A DNA stretch of 64,000 bases from Staphylococcus phage vB_SscM-1: sequence record NC_047767.1; one strand, 5' to 3'. The notes beneath the pieces were generated by a model, which saw only the letters and a list, made by a program, of their open reading frames with translations, did not search any database and was not told the DNA's origin. A program made the translations under genes and the position numbers. Within the stretch, counting starts at the first letter, position 1; every line of letters starts with the position of its first letter. Below are positions 22,011 to 32,700 of the stretch, piece after piece.

Positions 22011-23090
22011 ATGAGATTTGAAGACTTTTTAACAGATGAACTAGGGCAACCTAAAGAGAATACAATTGGTGAGCTTAGGTATTGCTGTCCTTTCTGTGGA
22101 GAAACAAAATATAAGTTCTATGTTAAACAATCAATAGACTCTTCAAATGGATTGTACCACTGTAAGAAGTGTAATGAAAAAGGTAATCCTATAACTTTTA
22201 TGAAGAAGTATTACGGGGTTAATGGTAAACAGGCAGTAGACCTATTAGATAGTAAAAGCATAGATATAGAAAGACAAGAAATTATACAATTTAATAATAA
22301 TGACTTGACTGAATCTGAAAAGCTTATACTGATGATGAGAGGGGTAGATAATTATAGAGATTATGTTAAAAAAGTACCTCCTCCTTTACCCGTAGGATTT
22401 AAATACATTAAGGATAATCTTAATAATAAAGAAGTAGCACCTTTCTTGATATATCTCAAAAACAGAGGTATAACACTAGAACAAATTATCGAACATAACA
22501 TAGCATATATAATAAATGGGTATTGTTATTCAAGAGGTAATAATGGTGAAACTAAGAAAATAACTTTAAGAAATAGTATAATATTCTTTACTTATAATTC
22601 TAAAGGTAAGTACTTATACTGGAATACTAGAAGTATAGAGCCTAATCCTTATCTTAAATCCATTAATGCTCCCGCACAGGAACATGAACTAGGTAAAAGA
22701 GATGTTATATTTAATCTTAACAGAGCTATGAAGGAGAAAATGATAGTTATAACAGAAGGTGTGTTTGATGCTCTTACCTACCAACAGTATGGAATAGCAA
22801 CTTTTGGTAAGCAGGTAACAGAAGAACAGCTTAATTTGTTAAGAGAGTATATACCTGTAAGTACACCAATTATGATTATGCTAGACAGTGATGCAATGGA
22901 ATTTAGTGTAGAGCTTGCTAAGAAACTCTATATTACACATAAAAGAGTATATGTAATACCTCATGGTGACTTAGATGCCAATGATTTAGGGGTAGAGAAA
23001 GCTTTTAGTTTATTAAAAAATAGAGTACTAGCAAGTCCTGAAGGATTACAAAGTTATTTTTTACAACAAAAACTTTCTAAATGGGCTTGA
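22011..23090 (+). CDS. DNA primase (zinc-binding domain plus TOPRIM).
   Basis: CCPFCG...HCKKC zinc ribbon. TOPRIM motifs ITEGVFDAL and MLDSDAME. Confidence 0.8.
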   Translation: MRFEDFLTDELGQPKENTIGELRYCCPFCGETKYKFYVKQSIDSSNGLYHCKKCNEKGNPITFMKKYYGVNGKQAVDLLDSKSIDIERQEIIQFNNNDLTESEKLILMMRGVDNYRDYVKKVPPPLPVGFKYIKDNLNNKEVAPFLIYLKNRGITLEQIIEHNIAYIINGYCYSRGNNGETKKITLRNSIIFFTYNSKGKYLYWNTRSIEPNPYLKSINAPAQEHELGKRDVIFNLNRAMKEKMIVITEGVFDALTYQQYGIATFGKQVTEEQLNLLREYIPVSTPIMIMLDSDAMEFSVELAKKLYITHKRVYVIPHGDLDANDLGVEKAFSLLKNRVLASPEGLQSYFLQQKLSKWA

Positions 23091-23115
23091 CTAGAACAAA
23101 TATTTATGATATAAT
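23087..23115 (+). promoter_or_regulatory. Sigma-A promoter TTGACT, 17 bp, TATAAT, overlapping the primase stop codon.
   Basis: -35 at 23087-23092 and -10 at 23110-23115. Confidence 0.55.
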
Positions 23116-23144
23116 AGTACTTAAGAAATTAAGGAGGAATTTAA

Positions 23145-23462
23145 TTGGAACATAAAGATAATATTTATTCATTTATTGATGCTTACATGTTAGCTTTAGA
23201 AGCTAATGATGAAGCAGAGCAAAAAAGGTTAGAGGATTATGGTGAAACAGTTACAGCAAACCTTACTCAGGTTGCTCAAGCTATAACAACTCTTACACAA
23301 GGAGTAAGTAGACATATTCAAGATGTCGAGCAGAACAATGAACTTAATCTAAACATTCTAATTGATGCACTTTATCAAGCAGGAATGATTACAGATGACG
23401 TTTTAAAACATATTGAAGAATCAGTAAATAAATTAGAAGAAACTAAAGGAGAAGAAGAATAA
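23145..23462 (+). CDS. Hypothetical protein, 105 aa.
   Basis: AAGGAGG RBS. Confidence 0.45.
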   Translation: MEHKDNIYSFIDAYMLALEANDEAEQKRLEDYGETVTANLTQVAQAITTLTQGVSRHIQDVEQNNELNLNILIDALYQAGMITDDVLKHIEESVNKLEETKGEEE

Positions 23463-23920
23463 TGACAAAAGTTACAAGCACACACTCAAAAGGAATTAAC
23501 GATAATGAATTAAACATGTGGTTAGAGGCAGTTACTAGAAACACAGTAAATGGAGAAACTATTACACCTGACCAAGCTAAGCATTTAGATAGATTAGCAA
23601 ACCGTAGCGTATCTTTAGAAGAAGCTACTCGTATCGCACAAACATTAGTAAGTGCAGATGCACAATATACTACTCAATACTTAAACCAACTTTTCAATAT
23701 TGTTGATATTTTCCAAATTGTTATGGAAGATGAGTTAGGTTTAACAGAGGAGCAATTCAAGAAGGCTTCGGAGAAAGTAAAAGAGAAGCGTGAAGAGTTA
23801 TTAGAGAAAGAACAAGAAAAGGTAAGAGAAGCATCAAAAGATGCACAAGAAGAAGCTCTAAAGGAAATCAAGGAAAAGAAAGAAGAAAAAATTGTACAAA
23901 TGAAGTCTAGAAATGACTAA
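23462..23920 (+). CDS. Hypothetical coiled-coil protein, 152 aa.
   Basis: ATGA coupling. K/E-rich C-terminus. Confidence 0.4.
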   Translation: MTKVTSTHSKGINDNELNMWLEAVTRNTVNGETITPDQAKHLDRLANRSVSLEEATRIAQTLVSADAQYTTQYLNQLFNIVDIFQIVMEDELGLTEEQFKKASEKVKEKREELLEKEQEKVREASKDAQEEALKEIKEKKEEKIVQMKSRND

Positions 23921-24524
23921 TTCAAAGAAAAAGGGAGATAAGTTTGAAAGAAAGATTGCCAAGATTCTTGGTGATTGGTGGGGAGTAAAATTTAATAGAA
24001 CACCTCAGAGTGGAGGAGCTAGTTGGGCTTCAAGTAATAACGCTGTAGGTGATATACTCCCTCCTGCACATGCAGGATTTCCTTTAGTAATTGAATGTAA
24101 ACATAGAGAAGAATGGACTATGGATAATGTACTTCTTAATAACAGAGAACCACATACATGGTGGGCTCAAGTTATAGGTGATAGCAGTACTGTAAATAAA
24201 GCACCTTGTTTGATATTCACAAGGAATAGAGGTTCTATCTATGTTGCATTACCTTATATAGAGCAGGTTTACCTTGATTTAAGAGATAAGTCGTTTCCTA
24301 TAATGAGAACAGACTTTATTATTGAAAATATTAGAAAAGATAAATTATATTATGATGTGCTGATAACTACGATTGATGGGTTGACCAGTTTACCTACCTC
24401 TTATATTATTAGTCACTACGGAAATTTTAAGACGACAGAATATAAAAAAGTTGAGTCAGAGGTAACTAAAAAAACCTCTATAGAGGAAGATACAATTATT
24501 GATGACCTTCTTAACAATATATAA
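23913..24524 (+). CDS. Putative Holliday-junction resolvase-like nuclease (PD-(D/E)xK-like).
   Basis: N-terminal GDKFERKIAKIL followed by D...E.K spacing (VIECKHRE). The position matches the resolvase gene of related phages. Confidence 0.35.
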   Translation: MTNSKKKGDKFERKIAKILGDWWGVKFNRTPQSGGASWASSNNAVGDILPPAHAGFPLVIECKHREEWTMDNVLLNNREPHTWWAQVIGDSSTVNKAPCLIFTRNRGSIYVALPYIEQVYLDLRDKSFPIMRTDFIIENIRKDKLYYDVLITTIDGLTSLPTSYIISHYGNFKTTEYKKVESEVTKKTSIEEDTIIDDLLNNI

Positions 24525-24544
24525 AGAATGGAGACAGATGCAAT

Positions 24545-24859
24545 ATGGCAATGAAAGATGTAACAAGTGAAGAGTATAAAGAACAAAAAGGAGAAGGTTT
24601 AAAAATAGTAGACCTTTGGGCTCCTTGGTGCGGTTCTTGTAAGATGCTTAACCCTACAGTAGAAGGTTTAGCAAGTGAATATGAAAATGACCTAGATATT
24701 TTAAAGGTTAATATAGATGAAGAAGAGGATATAGCTAGTGAATTAGATGTCATGAGTATTCCTACTCTAGTGTTCTTTAAAGATGGAGAAAAAGTAGAAA
24801 GTCTTACTGGATTCCAACCTAAAGAAAAAATACAACAACTGATTGAAAAACATAAATAA
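24545..24859 (+). CDS. Thioredoxin-like protein.
   Basis: WAPWCGSCK active site and a cis-Pro SIPTL motif. Confidence 0.75.
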   Translation: MAMKDVTSEEYKEQKGEGLKIVDLWAPWCGSCKMLNPTVEGLASEYENDLDILKVNIDEEEDIASELDVMSIPTLVFFKDGEKVESLTGFQPKEKIQQLIEKHK

Positions 24860-24868
24860 TAGGAGGAC

Positions 24869-26221
24869 ATGACTTTGATTACGCAAATTAAGAAAAGAGA
24901 TGGGTCTATTGTAGAATATGACCTTAATAAAGTAACTAATGCTATCTTAAAAGCTAACTCAGAAACAAATGAGTACTTAGAGGATAGCATTGATATTCTA
25001 GTAGATGATGTAGATAGCTTATTAGAAGAAAAAGAGGAAGTACTTACAGTTGAGTGTGTACAGGATATGGTAGAAAAGGTACTACTAGGCAGTGAGTTTA
25101 AAGAGACAGCTAAAGAGTACATCTTATATAGAGATAAAAGAGATAGAGAAAGACGTAGAGATATCTTTAAAGCAAGAAAAGAGTTAAAACCATATGAGTA
25201 TCCGGAGTTATTAGAATACATTAGAGCTATTCAAAATAGTTATTGGGTTCACACAGAGTTTAACTACACAAGTGATATTCAAGATTACATGCAGAATGTT
25301 AAACCTCATGAGCGTACAGCTATTAAAAATGCAATGTTAGCTATTGCACAAGTAGAAGTATCAGTTAAGACATTCTGGGGAGACTTATATCACCGTATGC
25401 CTAAATGGGAAACAGGAGCAGTAGGAGCTACATTCTCAGAGTCAGAAGTACGTCATGCAGATGCATACTCTCACTTAATAGAGTTACTAGGACTTAATGA
25501 TGAGTTCAAGAACATTGATAATATTCCAGCATTAAAAGAGCGTGTAGATGAATTATCAATGCATATAAAACTAAGTAAGAGTGAAGAGGATAAAGACTAC
25601 GTATTATCTGTATTATTATTCTCATTATTTATTGAGCACGTATCATTATTTAGTCAATTCTTAATCATGATGAGTTTTAACAAACATAAAAACTTATTTA
25701 GAGGATTATCAAACGCAATCGAAGCTACAAGTAAAGAGGAACAGATTCATGGTCTATTTGGTATTGAGCTTATTAATATCATAAGAGAAGAGCACCCTGA
25801 GTGGTTCGATGAAGAAATGGAGAAAGCAGTTTATGAAGCTTGTAAACATTCTCTTGAAGCAGAAATAAAAGTTATTGACTGGCTTTATGAAGATGGAGAA
25901 TTAGAATTCTTACCTAAAAAGGTAGTACAAGAGTTTATTAAGAACAGACTTAATAATTCTTTAGAGGCAGTAGGATACGAGAAGTTATTTGAAATTGATG
26001 AAGAACTTATCGAAGAAACAGCATGGTTCGATGACGAAGTAATCAGTACAAAATTAACAGACTTCTTGTCTAAACGTTCAGTTAACTATACTAAGTTTAC
26101 AAACTCAGTAACAGAAGATACATTATTCTCTTCAACATCAGAATTTGAAAACTCAGAAAAAGAAATCAGTAAAGATAAAGTAAACGAGATTTTACGCTTA
26201 CGTATGCTAACAAGAGGATAA
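24869..26221 (+). CDS. nrdB: Ribonucleotide reductase small subunit (R2, ferritin-like) with an N-terminal ATP-cone domain.
   Basis: Residues 1-95 give an ATP-cone (KKRDGSIVEYDLNKVTNAI ... AKEYILYRDKR). The rest is R2 (SYWVHTEFNYTSDIQDY, PHERTAI, SEVRHADAYSHL metal ligands). Confidence 0.75.
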   Translation: MTLITQIKKRDGSIVEYDLNKVTNAILKANSETNEYLEDSIDILVDDVDSLLEEKEEVLTVECVQDMVEKVLLGSEFKETAKEYILYRDKRDRERRRDIFKARKELKPYEYPELLEYIRAIQNSYWVHTEFNYTSDIQDYMQNVKPHERTAIKNAMLAIAQVEVSVKTFWGDLYHRMPKWETGAVGATFSESEVRHADAYSHLIELLGLNDEFKNIDNIPALKERVDELSMHIKLSKSEEDKDYVLSVLLFSLFIEHVSLFSQFLIMMSFNKHKNLFRGLSNAIEATSKEEQIHGLFGIELINIIREEHPEWFDEEMEKAVYEACKHSLEAEIKVIDWLYEDGELEFLPKKVVQEFIKNRLNNSLEAVGYEKLFEIDEELIEETAWFDDEVISTKLTDFLSKRSVNYTKFTNSVTEDTLFSSTSEFENSEKEISKDKVNEILRLRMLTRG

Positions 26222-26238
26222 CATAGGAGGAAATTATA

Positions 26239-27921
26239 TTGGAACAGTTTGAATGGTTAAATACAGATTCAAGAGTATTCTTGGAGAGAGGATACTTAAG
26301 TGAGGGTGAAACACCTGAGCAACGTATTAGAGATATAGCAGATACAGCAGAGGAGATTTTAGGAATCGAAGGATTCTCTGATAAATTTTATTACTACATG
26401 GGTAGAGGTTACTACTCATTATCTAGTCCTGTATGGTCTAACTTCGGTAAAGATAGAGGACTAAGTATTAGTTGTTTTGGTTCATACACAGGAGACTCTA
26501 TACCTTCTATTTTAGGTACAGCAAGTGAAGTAGGGGTTATGAGTAAATTTGGAGGAGGAACAAGCGGTTACTTTGGTAAAGTAAGACCTAGAGGTTCTGA
26601 TATTACTAATAATGGTAAGACAAGCGGTTCTGTACACTTCATGAAGTTATTTGAACAAATGACAGATACTATCTCTCAAGGTAATACACGTAGAGGTAGA
26701 TTTAGTCCTTACTTACCTATCGACCACCCAGATATTGAAGAATTCTTAGAAATTGGTACAGAAGGTAACCCTATTCAAAACATGACACATGCAGTAACTG
26801 TTACAGATGATTGGTTACAAGATATGGTTAACGGAGATTTAGAGAAACGTAAAATATGGGCTAAGGTTCTTACACGTAGAACTCAATTAGGATTCCCTTA
26901 CATCATGTTCAGTGATAACGCAAACAATAATACAGTAGACGTATATAAAGATAAAGGGATGAAGATTAATAACTCAAACTTATGTTCTGAAATATTCCTA
27001 CCTAATAATGAAGAAGAATCATTTGTATGTTGTTTATCTTCAATGAATTTAGTACACTATGAAGAGTGGAAAGACACAGATGCAGTTGAAGTATTAACTT
27101 ACTTCCTTGATGCAGTAATGTCTGAGTTCATTTCAGACTTAGAGAAAATGAGAGACTCAGAAGATATTGAGAAGAGAGAATCATTTAGATTAATGGAAAG
27201 AGCTTATAACTTCTCTAAACGCCACCGTGCATTAGGATTAGGAGTACTTGGATGGCACTCTTATTTACAATCTAAAATGATACCTTTTGAAAGTGTAGAA
27301 GCTAGTCGTCTTAACACACAAATATTCTCATTCATCAAGAAGAAAGCATACAAAGCAAGTAAAGAACTAGCAGAATTATTCGGTGAACCAGAATTACTAC
27401 AAGGTTATGGTAGAAGAAATAGTACACTACTAGCATTAGCTCCTACTACTTCAAGTTCATTTATCTTAGGTCAAGTATCTAAGTCTATTGAACCATTCAT
27501 GAGTAACTATTATGTAGTAGACACAGCTAAAGTTAAGAAAACAATGATTAACCCTTACCTTAAGGAACTACTTAAAGAAAAAGGTAAAGATACTAAAGAA
27601 GTACTAGAAAGTATTAGAGACTATGATGGTTCAGTACAACACTTAGACTTCTTAAATCAAAGAGAAAAAGATGTATTTAAAACATATGGTGAAATTAACC
27701 AGTATAACATTTTAGACCAAGCAGGAAGTAGACAGTATTACATTGACCAAGGACAATCAATTAATATTATGGTTAATCCTAAGCATGTAACAGCAGAAGA
27801 ACTTAATGAGCTTTACCTCTTTGCATGGGCTAACGGTATTAAATCTTTATATTACCAACACGGTACTAACTCAGCTCAACAGTTTAACTTATCTAAATTA
27901 TGTATCAACTGTGAAGCTTAA
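26239..27921 (+). CDS. nrdA: Ribonucleotide reductase large subunit (R1 catalytic core), 560 aa. It lacks the N-terminal ATP-cone/helical region.
   Basis: TTG start 8 nt after AGGAGG. Active-site NSNLCSEIFLP, SISCFGS, FVCCLSSMNL, C-terminal KSLYYQH and CINC. Confidence 0.8.
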   Translation: MEQFEWLNTDSRVFLERGYLSEGETPEQRIRDIADTAEEILGIEGFSDKFYYYMGRGYYSLSSPVWSNFGKDRGLSISCFGSYTGDSIPSILGTASEVGVMSKFGGGTSGYFGKVRPRGSDITNNGKTSGSVHFMKLFEQMTDTISQGNTRRGRFSPYLPIDHPDIEEFLEIGTEGNPIQNMTHAVTVTDDWLQDMVNGDLEKRKIWAKVLTRRTQLGFPYIMFSDNANNNTVDVYKDKGMKINNSNLCSEIFLPNNEEESFVCCLSSMNLVHYEEWKDTDAVEVLTYFLDAVMSEFISDLEKMRDSEDIEKRESFRLMERAYNFSKRHRALGLGVLGWHSYLQSKMIPFESVEASRLNTQIFSFIKKKAYKASKELAELFGEPELLQGYGRRNSTLLALAPTTSSSFILGQVSKSIEPFMSNYYVVDTAKVKKTMINPYLKELLKEKGKDTKEVLESIRDYDGSVQHLDFLNQREKDVFKTYGEINQYNILDQAGSRQYYIDQGQSINIMVNPKHVTAEELNELYLFAWANGIKSLYYQHGTNSAQQFNLSKLCINCEA

Positions 27922-27950
27922 TCCCTTTAAAGAAAAGAGGAAACTATATT

Positions 27951-28268
27951 ATGGATAGAGAAGAAGGTTTAAGGTTACTTAATAATACAAGTAAAGTATT
28001 TGAAGGTAAGGAAGACTTTTTGTATGTTACAGATGTTTACGATGCATCAAAGATACTATATGGTAAAGATGATAAGAGTGTAGACTCTAATACAGTTATG
28101 GCTCAAGTAGACTTTGTTTATAAGAGTGAATACTACATCTTACAGTATAATGCAGGTAGACAAGCTACAAAGCTTATTATGGCAAATGAAAATGGAACAG
28201 TCGATAGAACTGTAAACATTAATGAGTTTAAAGATATTATAAAATCAATTCAAAAGGATGGTAAATAA
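27951..28268 (+). CDS. Hypothetical protein, 105 aa.
   Basis: RBS AAGAGGAAA. Confidence 0.4.
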   Translation: MDREEGLRLLNNTSKVFEGKEDFLYVTDVYDASKILYGKDDKSVDSNTVMAQVDFVYKSEYYILQYNAGRQATKLIMANENGTVDRTVNINEFKDIIKSIQKDGK

Positions 28269-28271
28269 GAT

Positions 28272-28583
28272 ATGAAGGAAGTTACATCATTAGGTAATTT
28301 AAGTGCTACAATTAAGGAAAAGAAGGATGCCATTGTTATCATGGTACAAGACAATTGTGCAAAAAGTGAAATTATTAAGAACACAATTCCTTTATTAGAA
28401 GAAGACATTGAAAAGCCTATTCTATTACTAGACTTAGATGCAAAAGACGTAAATAGAGAAAAAGCAGAGGAGCTTTTCGGTTCTGAAACACCTGCTTTAA
28501 TAGGTTATAAAGATGGAGAAAGAAAAGATGTATACGCAGGTAACATCACTCCTACACAATTAGTTAAATTAGATAATTTGTAA
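28272..28583 (+). CDS. Hypothetical protein, 103 aa.
   Basis: Coupled to the upstream gene. Confidence 0.4.
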   Translation: MKEVTSLGNLSATIKEKKDAIVIMVQDNCAKSEIIKNTIPLLEEDIEKPILLLDLDAKDVNREKAEELFGSETPALIGYKDGERKDVYAGNITPTQLVKLDNL

Positions 28584-28591
28584 AATTTAAT

Positions 28592-28620
28592 TTGCAAATC
28601 CTCTACAAGTATGTTATAAT
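28592..28620 (+). promoter_or_regulatory. Sigma-A promoter TTGCAA, 17 bp, TATAAT (TATGTTATAAT).
   Basis: -35 at 28592-28597 and -10 at 28615-28620. Confidence 0.5.
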
Positions 28621-28650
28621 TAAAATAACATACAAGGTGGAGGATTTTTT

Positions 28651-29394
28651 ATGGCTAAAAATAAAACATTAACTATTTATAACAGTGATAGGTATTTTAA
28701 TATAGATACAAAAGATAAAGACAAAATAAGTGAACACATTAAAGTAACAAGATTGAATGAGGATGAAGTAGAACAAGACCTGGATATCATTAAGAACAAA
28801 TCTACAAGATATAAACTTAAAGATGATAAAAGTTACATACTATTTAATGAGAAGTATAACAATGATAGACTAATTGAGAAGGTATGTAACCATGGAGGAG
28901 AAGTAACTTACTACACAGAGTCTGTAGTACCTTATTATGTATTAAAGCAGTTATCCAACAGTAATAACTCATCAGTAGTTTATAAAATGAGAGAATCATT
29001 TACTAACAGAGAGATTGATAACATAGCGTTATCTTTTATGGGTACTAAGGTTATTATTGATATCTCAGTAGTACTACCTAACGTTAACCCTTATGAAATA
29101 CTAAGAAACTTGCACCCTATTAAAACAAATGTAGATGAAGTACATTTAACATTCCCTAGACTTAAAGAGATAGAGCCAGGACAAGAAAGGTTTTATACAT
29201 TTGATGGGGAAGGGTATGAACTATTAGCTAAATACAAGGTAGACTTTGCAGAAAGAGTTAGAGTATCTTTATCTGTATGGAAAATGTATATCTATATACT
29301 AACTAGTGAACACGACCATCAAGAAGTCACAAAAGAGATAGACAAGCTAAGAGCAGAGAAAAAGGTCAGATTTAAGGGTGGTAACCGTGGATAA
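28651..29394 (+). CDS. Hypothetical protein, 247 aa.
   Basis: AAGGTGGAGGA RBS. Confidence 0.45.
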   Translation: MAKNKTLTIYNSDRYFNIDTKDKDKISEHIKVTRLNEDEVEQDLDIIKNKSTRYKLKDDKSYILFNEKYNNDRLIEKVCNHGGEVTYYTESVVPYYVLKQLSNSNNSSVVYKMRESFTNREIDNIALSFMGTKVIIDISVVLPNVNPYEILRNLHPIKTNVDEVHLTFPRLKEIEPGQERFYTFDGEGYELLAKYKVDFAERVRVSLSVWKMYIYILTSEHDHQEVTKEIDKLRAEKKVRFKGGNRG

Positions 29395-29698
29395 AATATC
29401 AGCTAACAGAAAAGACATTGCAAGAAAAATATCGGAGTCTACAGGTTATTATATGAAAGATATAGAAGAGATACTGGATGCCGAAGCAGAAGCTATAGTG
29501 GAATTAATAGAAGAGGGTTATACTAAGGTTAAGAGCCATAAACTTATGCAGATAGAAGTAGTAGAGAGAGATAGCAAGAAAGCATGGAATGGACTTAAAA
29601 AAGAATACTATACATTACCTAGTAAAAAGGTATTAAAACTAAAGACTCTTAAGCAACTAGAACAAGCAGAAGAGAACATTAATAGAGTAGATGATTAA
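29387..29698 (+). CDS. HU/IHF-family (TF1-like) DNA-binding protein.
   Basis: The sequence aligns with bacterial HU, including its beta-arm region (KKAWNGLKKEYYTLPSKKVLKLKT). GTG start at 29387 (an earlier GTG at 29378 is also possible). Confidence 0.55.
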   Translation: MDKISANRKDIARKISESTGYYMKDIEEILDAEAEAIVELIEEGYTKVKSHKLMQIEVVERDSKKAWNGLKKEYYTLPSKKVLKLKTLKQLEQAEENINRVDD

Positions 29699-29716
29699 AT
29701 TCATCTACTTTTTTAT
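29686..29716 (+). terminator. Rho-independent terminator whose T-run leads into the next -35.
   Basis: AGTAGATGA-TTAAAT-TCATCTACT hairpin plus TTTTTT. Confidence 0.65.
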
Positions 29717-29745
29717 TTGACAAAGTATAAATAGTATGATATAAT
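29717..29745 (+). promoter_or_regulatory. Sigma-A promoter TTGACA, 17 bp, TATAAT upstream of the DNA polymerase.
   Basis: -35 at 29717-29722 and -10 at 29740-29745. Confidence 0.6.
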
Positions 29746-29773
29746 GTTATTAACATTGAAAGGAGAGAGATGT

Positions 29774-32700
29774 ATGAAAGTATTAGTACTAATGGATTTC
29801 ATTAGAGAGGAACACTACTCTGTAAGTAAAGAGGGTAAACCTACATTTAATCTTTTTAATACAACTAATGGTAAAACATTAAAGAGTATTATGGAGAAGA
29901 CAACAGGACTTAAAAGAACAGTACAACAAAAAGATTATGATATTGCATATGTTTATAATCAAATACCTACACCTATCAGAAATGATTATGGTAAGATTAT
30001 CAAGTATCAGGATGTTAAACAATCAGAGGTTAAACCTTTTTATCCTGCACTAACTAAACAGATAGTAGATAAGGGGTATGACATCATAGTACCGACTGGT
30101 AAGCTAGGAGTTAAGTTCTTACTTAATGTATCAAGCATAGGAACTGTTAGAGGGGTTCCAGAAAAGGTTACATTAGAGAATGAAGGTAAGGAGCATTCTG
30201 TATGGGTATTACCAACTTACAGCATAGAATATACTAATGTGAATAAGAATGCTGAGAGACAGGTATTAGCAGACTTTAAAACACTAGGTAAGTTTGTACA
30301 AGAAGGTGAAAAGGTATTTAAACCTTCTGAGGTTTCTTACGAGCTAGTTACAGACATAGAAAGAGTAAGAGAAATATTTAATAAAGAAATTAAAAATGAT
30401 AATGAAGACGGGTATGACATAACAGCATGGGATTTAGAGACTAACTCTTTACAACCTGATAGAGAAGGTAGTAAACCTTTAGTACTTTCTATGTCCTGGT
30501 CTAATGGTCAAGGTGTTACAATACCTATCTACAAAGCTGATTTCCAATGGGCTAATGGTCAAGAGGATATCAATGAGATACTTAGCTTACTAAAAGAATG
30601 GGTAGCAAGTAATGAAGATATTAAAGTACTGCACAATGCTACGTACGATATTAACTTCTTAATGACTACTTTAGGATTTAAGAACTTTGAAAACAACAGA
30701 GATACAAAAGTAGGTTGGTATCTAGCAGTAACTCAAGAGCAAGCAGAGTCTTTACGTTTATCAGATTTAGCTTACGAAGTAACAGACCAAGGAGGATATG
30801 ATAAACCTCTAGAAGAGTACAAAGTATGGTTTGTCAATAAGCTATTAAGATTTTTCTCAGATAAAATTAAAGATATTCAGAAAGAAAATAAGAAGGTTGC
30901 TAAAAAAGAGTTTGATGTTAAGGCACCTGAATATAAAGAGTGGTTAGAAAATAAGTTATCAACAACTAGTGTTACTCTAGATGAAACAGATAAGAAGTTC
31001 GGAGTAACAGAGCACCAAAAGAAATTCCAAATTTTAGGATTACTACCTGAGGTAGTTAACTTAAATATGACAATGGATGAAGACTTTAAAGAAGTAGCTA
31101 ACCAATCACCTGAGTATATGAGCTTATCAGATAACGCTAAAAGATATACATTAGATACAGCTATCAGATTAATTAATACTCATGGAAGTAATACAGAAGT
31201 AGTAAATGAGGTTGATGGAAGTAAATTCAACTATGACTGGATTCCATTAGAATTAATGCATCCTTATGCTAGTGGAGATACTGATGTGTGTAGACGTATA
31301 TACTGTGAAGTAGTAGACAGATTAAAAGAGCAGAAGAGAGATAAGGCTTTTGACTTATTAAATAGAGACTACCCACGACTTATTAGAACATTAGCTAGAA
31401 TTCAATCTAACGGATTACATTGTGACCTAGATTATATGTACAGTAATGATACGAGCTATGAAATTGAGCTAGAAAATACTGTAAATAAAATGAGGGAGCA
31501 CTGGTCTGTAAAAGAGTTTGAAGAATATCAATATGGGTTGTATGAAGCAGGGTTAGAAGAGTTTAGTAAACCTAAGTCTGAGAGAGACCCTGAGATTGAA
31601 TCATATAGAACTAAGTTTAAAGATAATAAATGGATGTTCTCACCTGCATCAGGAGTACACAAAGGTAAAGTAGTATATGATATCTTAGGCGTTAACGTAC
31701 CTTATGGTAAAGAGACTGTTAAAGATAAACCTTTTAATAATGGAACTAAGGAACAAGACCTAACATGGGAAGACTACAAAACAGATGCTAGTACACTTAA
31801 GCAAGCTCTTGCTAATGTAGAAAGAGAAGAAGATAAAGAGATAATTGAATTACTATTATACTATGCTTCTTTAAATACTAAGAGAAACTCTTTTACTAAG
31901 AAATTACCTAATCGAGTAAACAAGAATACAAGTAAACTACACGGAGGGTTTAACTCTACAGGTACAGCAAGTGGTCGTTTGAGTAGTAGTAACCCTAACC
32001 TTCAACAGCTACCTTCTCACACATCAGATGTAAATAAGTTTGACTATAAACACCCTGTTAAACGTTCATTTACATCAAGATTTGATAACGGTGTAATACT
32101 ACAAGCCGATTACTCAGCCTTAGAGATGCGTATTACAGCATTATATACAGATGATAGAGAAATGCTAGAGATGTTCTTAACAGGTCAAGATATCCATAAA
32201 AATACAGCAAGTATTATGTATAATAAAAAAATGGAAGATGTTACAGCAGAAGAAAGACAAGCTAGTAAAGCAGTAGCATTCGGATTAATTTATGGTGAAT
32301 CTCCATTCTCCTTTGCAGGTAAGAATGGTATGGCAGTAGAGGAAGCAGAAGAGATATTTGAGAAGTTCTATTCAAATAAACCTGCTATTAAGAGTTCTAT
32401 TGATAAAACACATGAGTTTGTACAAAAGCATGGCTATGTAGAAACTATGAATGGTCATAGAAGAAACATCCTTTCAGCTACATCAAATGATAAGAAAATT
32501 AAGAATGAGGGCTTAAGACAGTCCTTTAATACAATCATTCAAGGTACAGGTGGATACCTTACTAATATGGCTATTACATTCATAGATGACTTTATTGAGA
32601 AGTACAACATGAAGTCTAAACTAGTTGCAACTGTGCACGATAGTATTGTAGTAGACACACACCCAGATGAAGTATATACTATGGGTAAGGTAGTAGTACA

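Noticed and set aside
24511-25221. 236-aa minus-strand ORF overlapping the thioredoxin and nrdB genes.
   Set aside because: It is antisense to two motif-supported plus-strand genes. It is Ser/Leu-rich and low-complexity, as is typical for antisense frames of AT-rich coding DNA.
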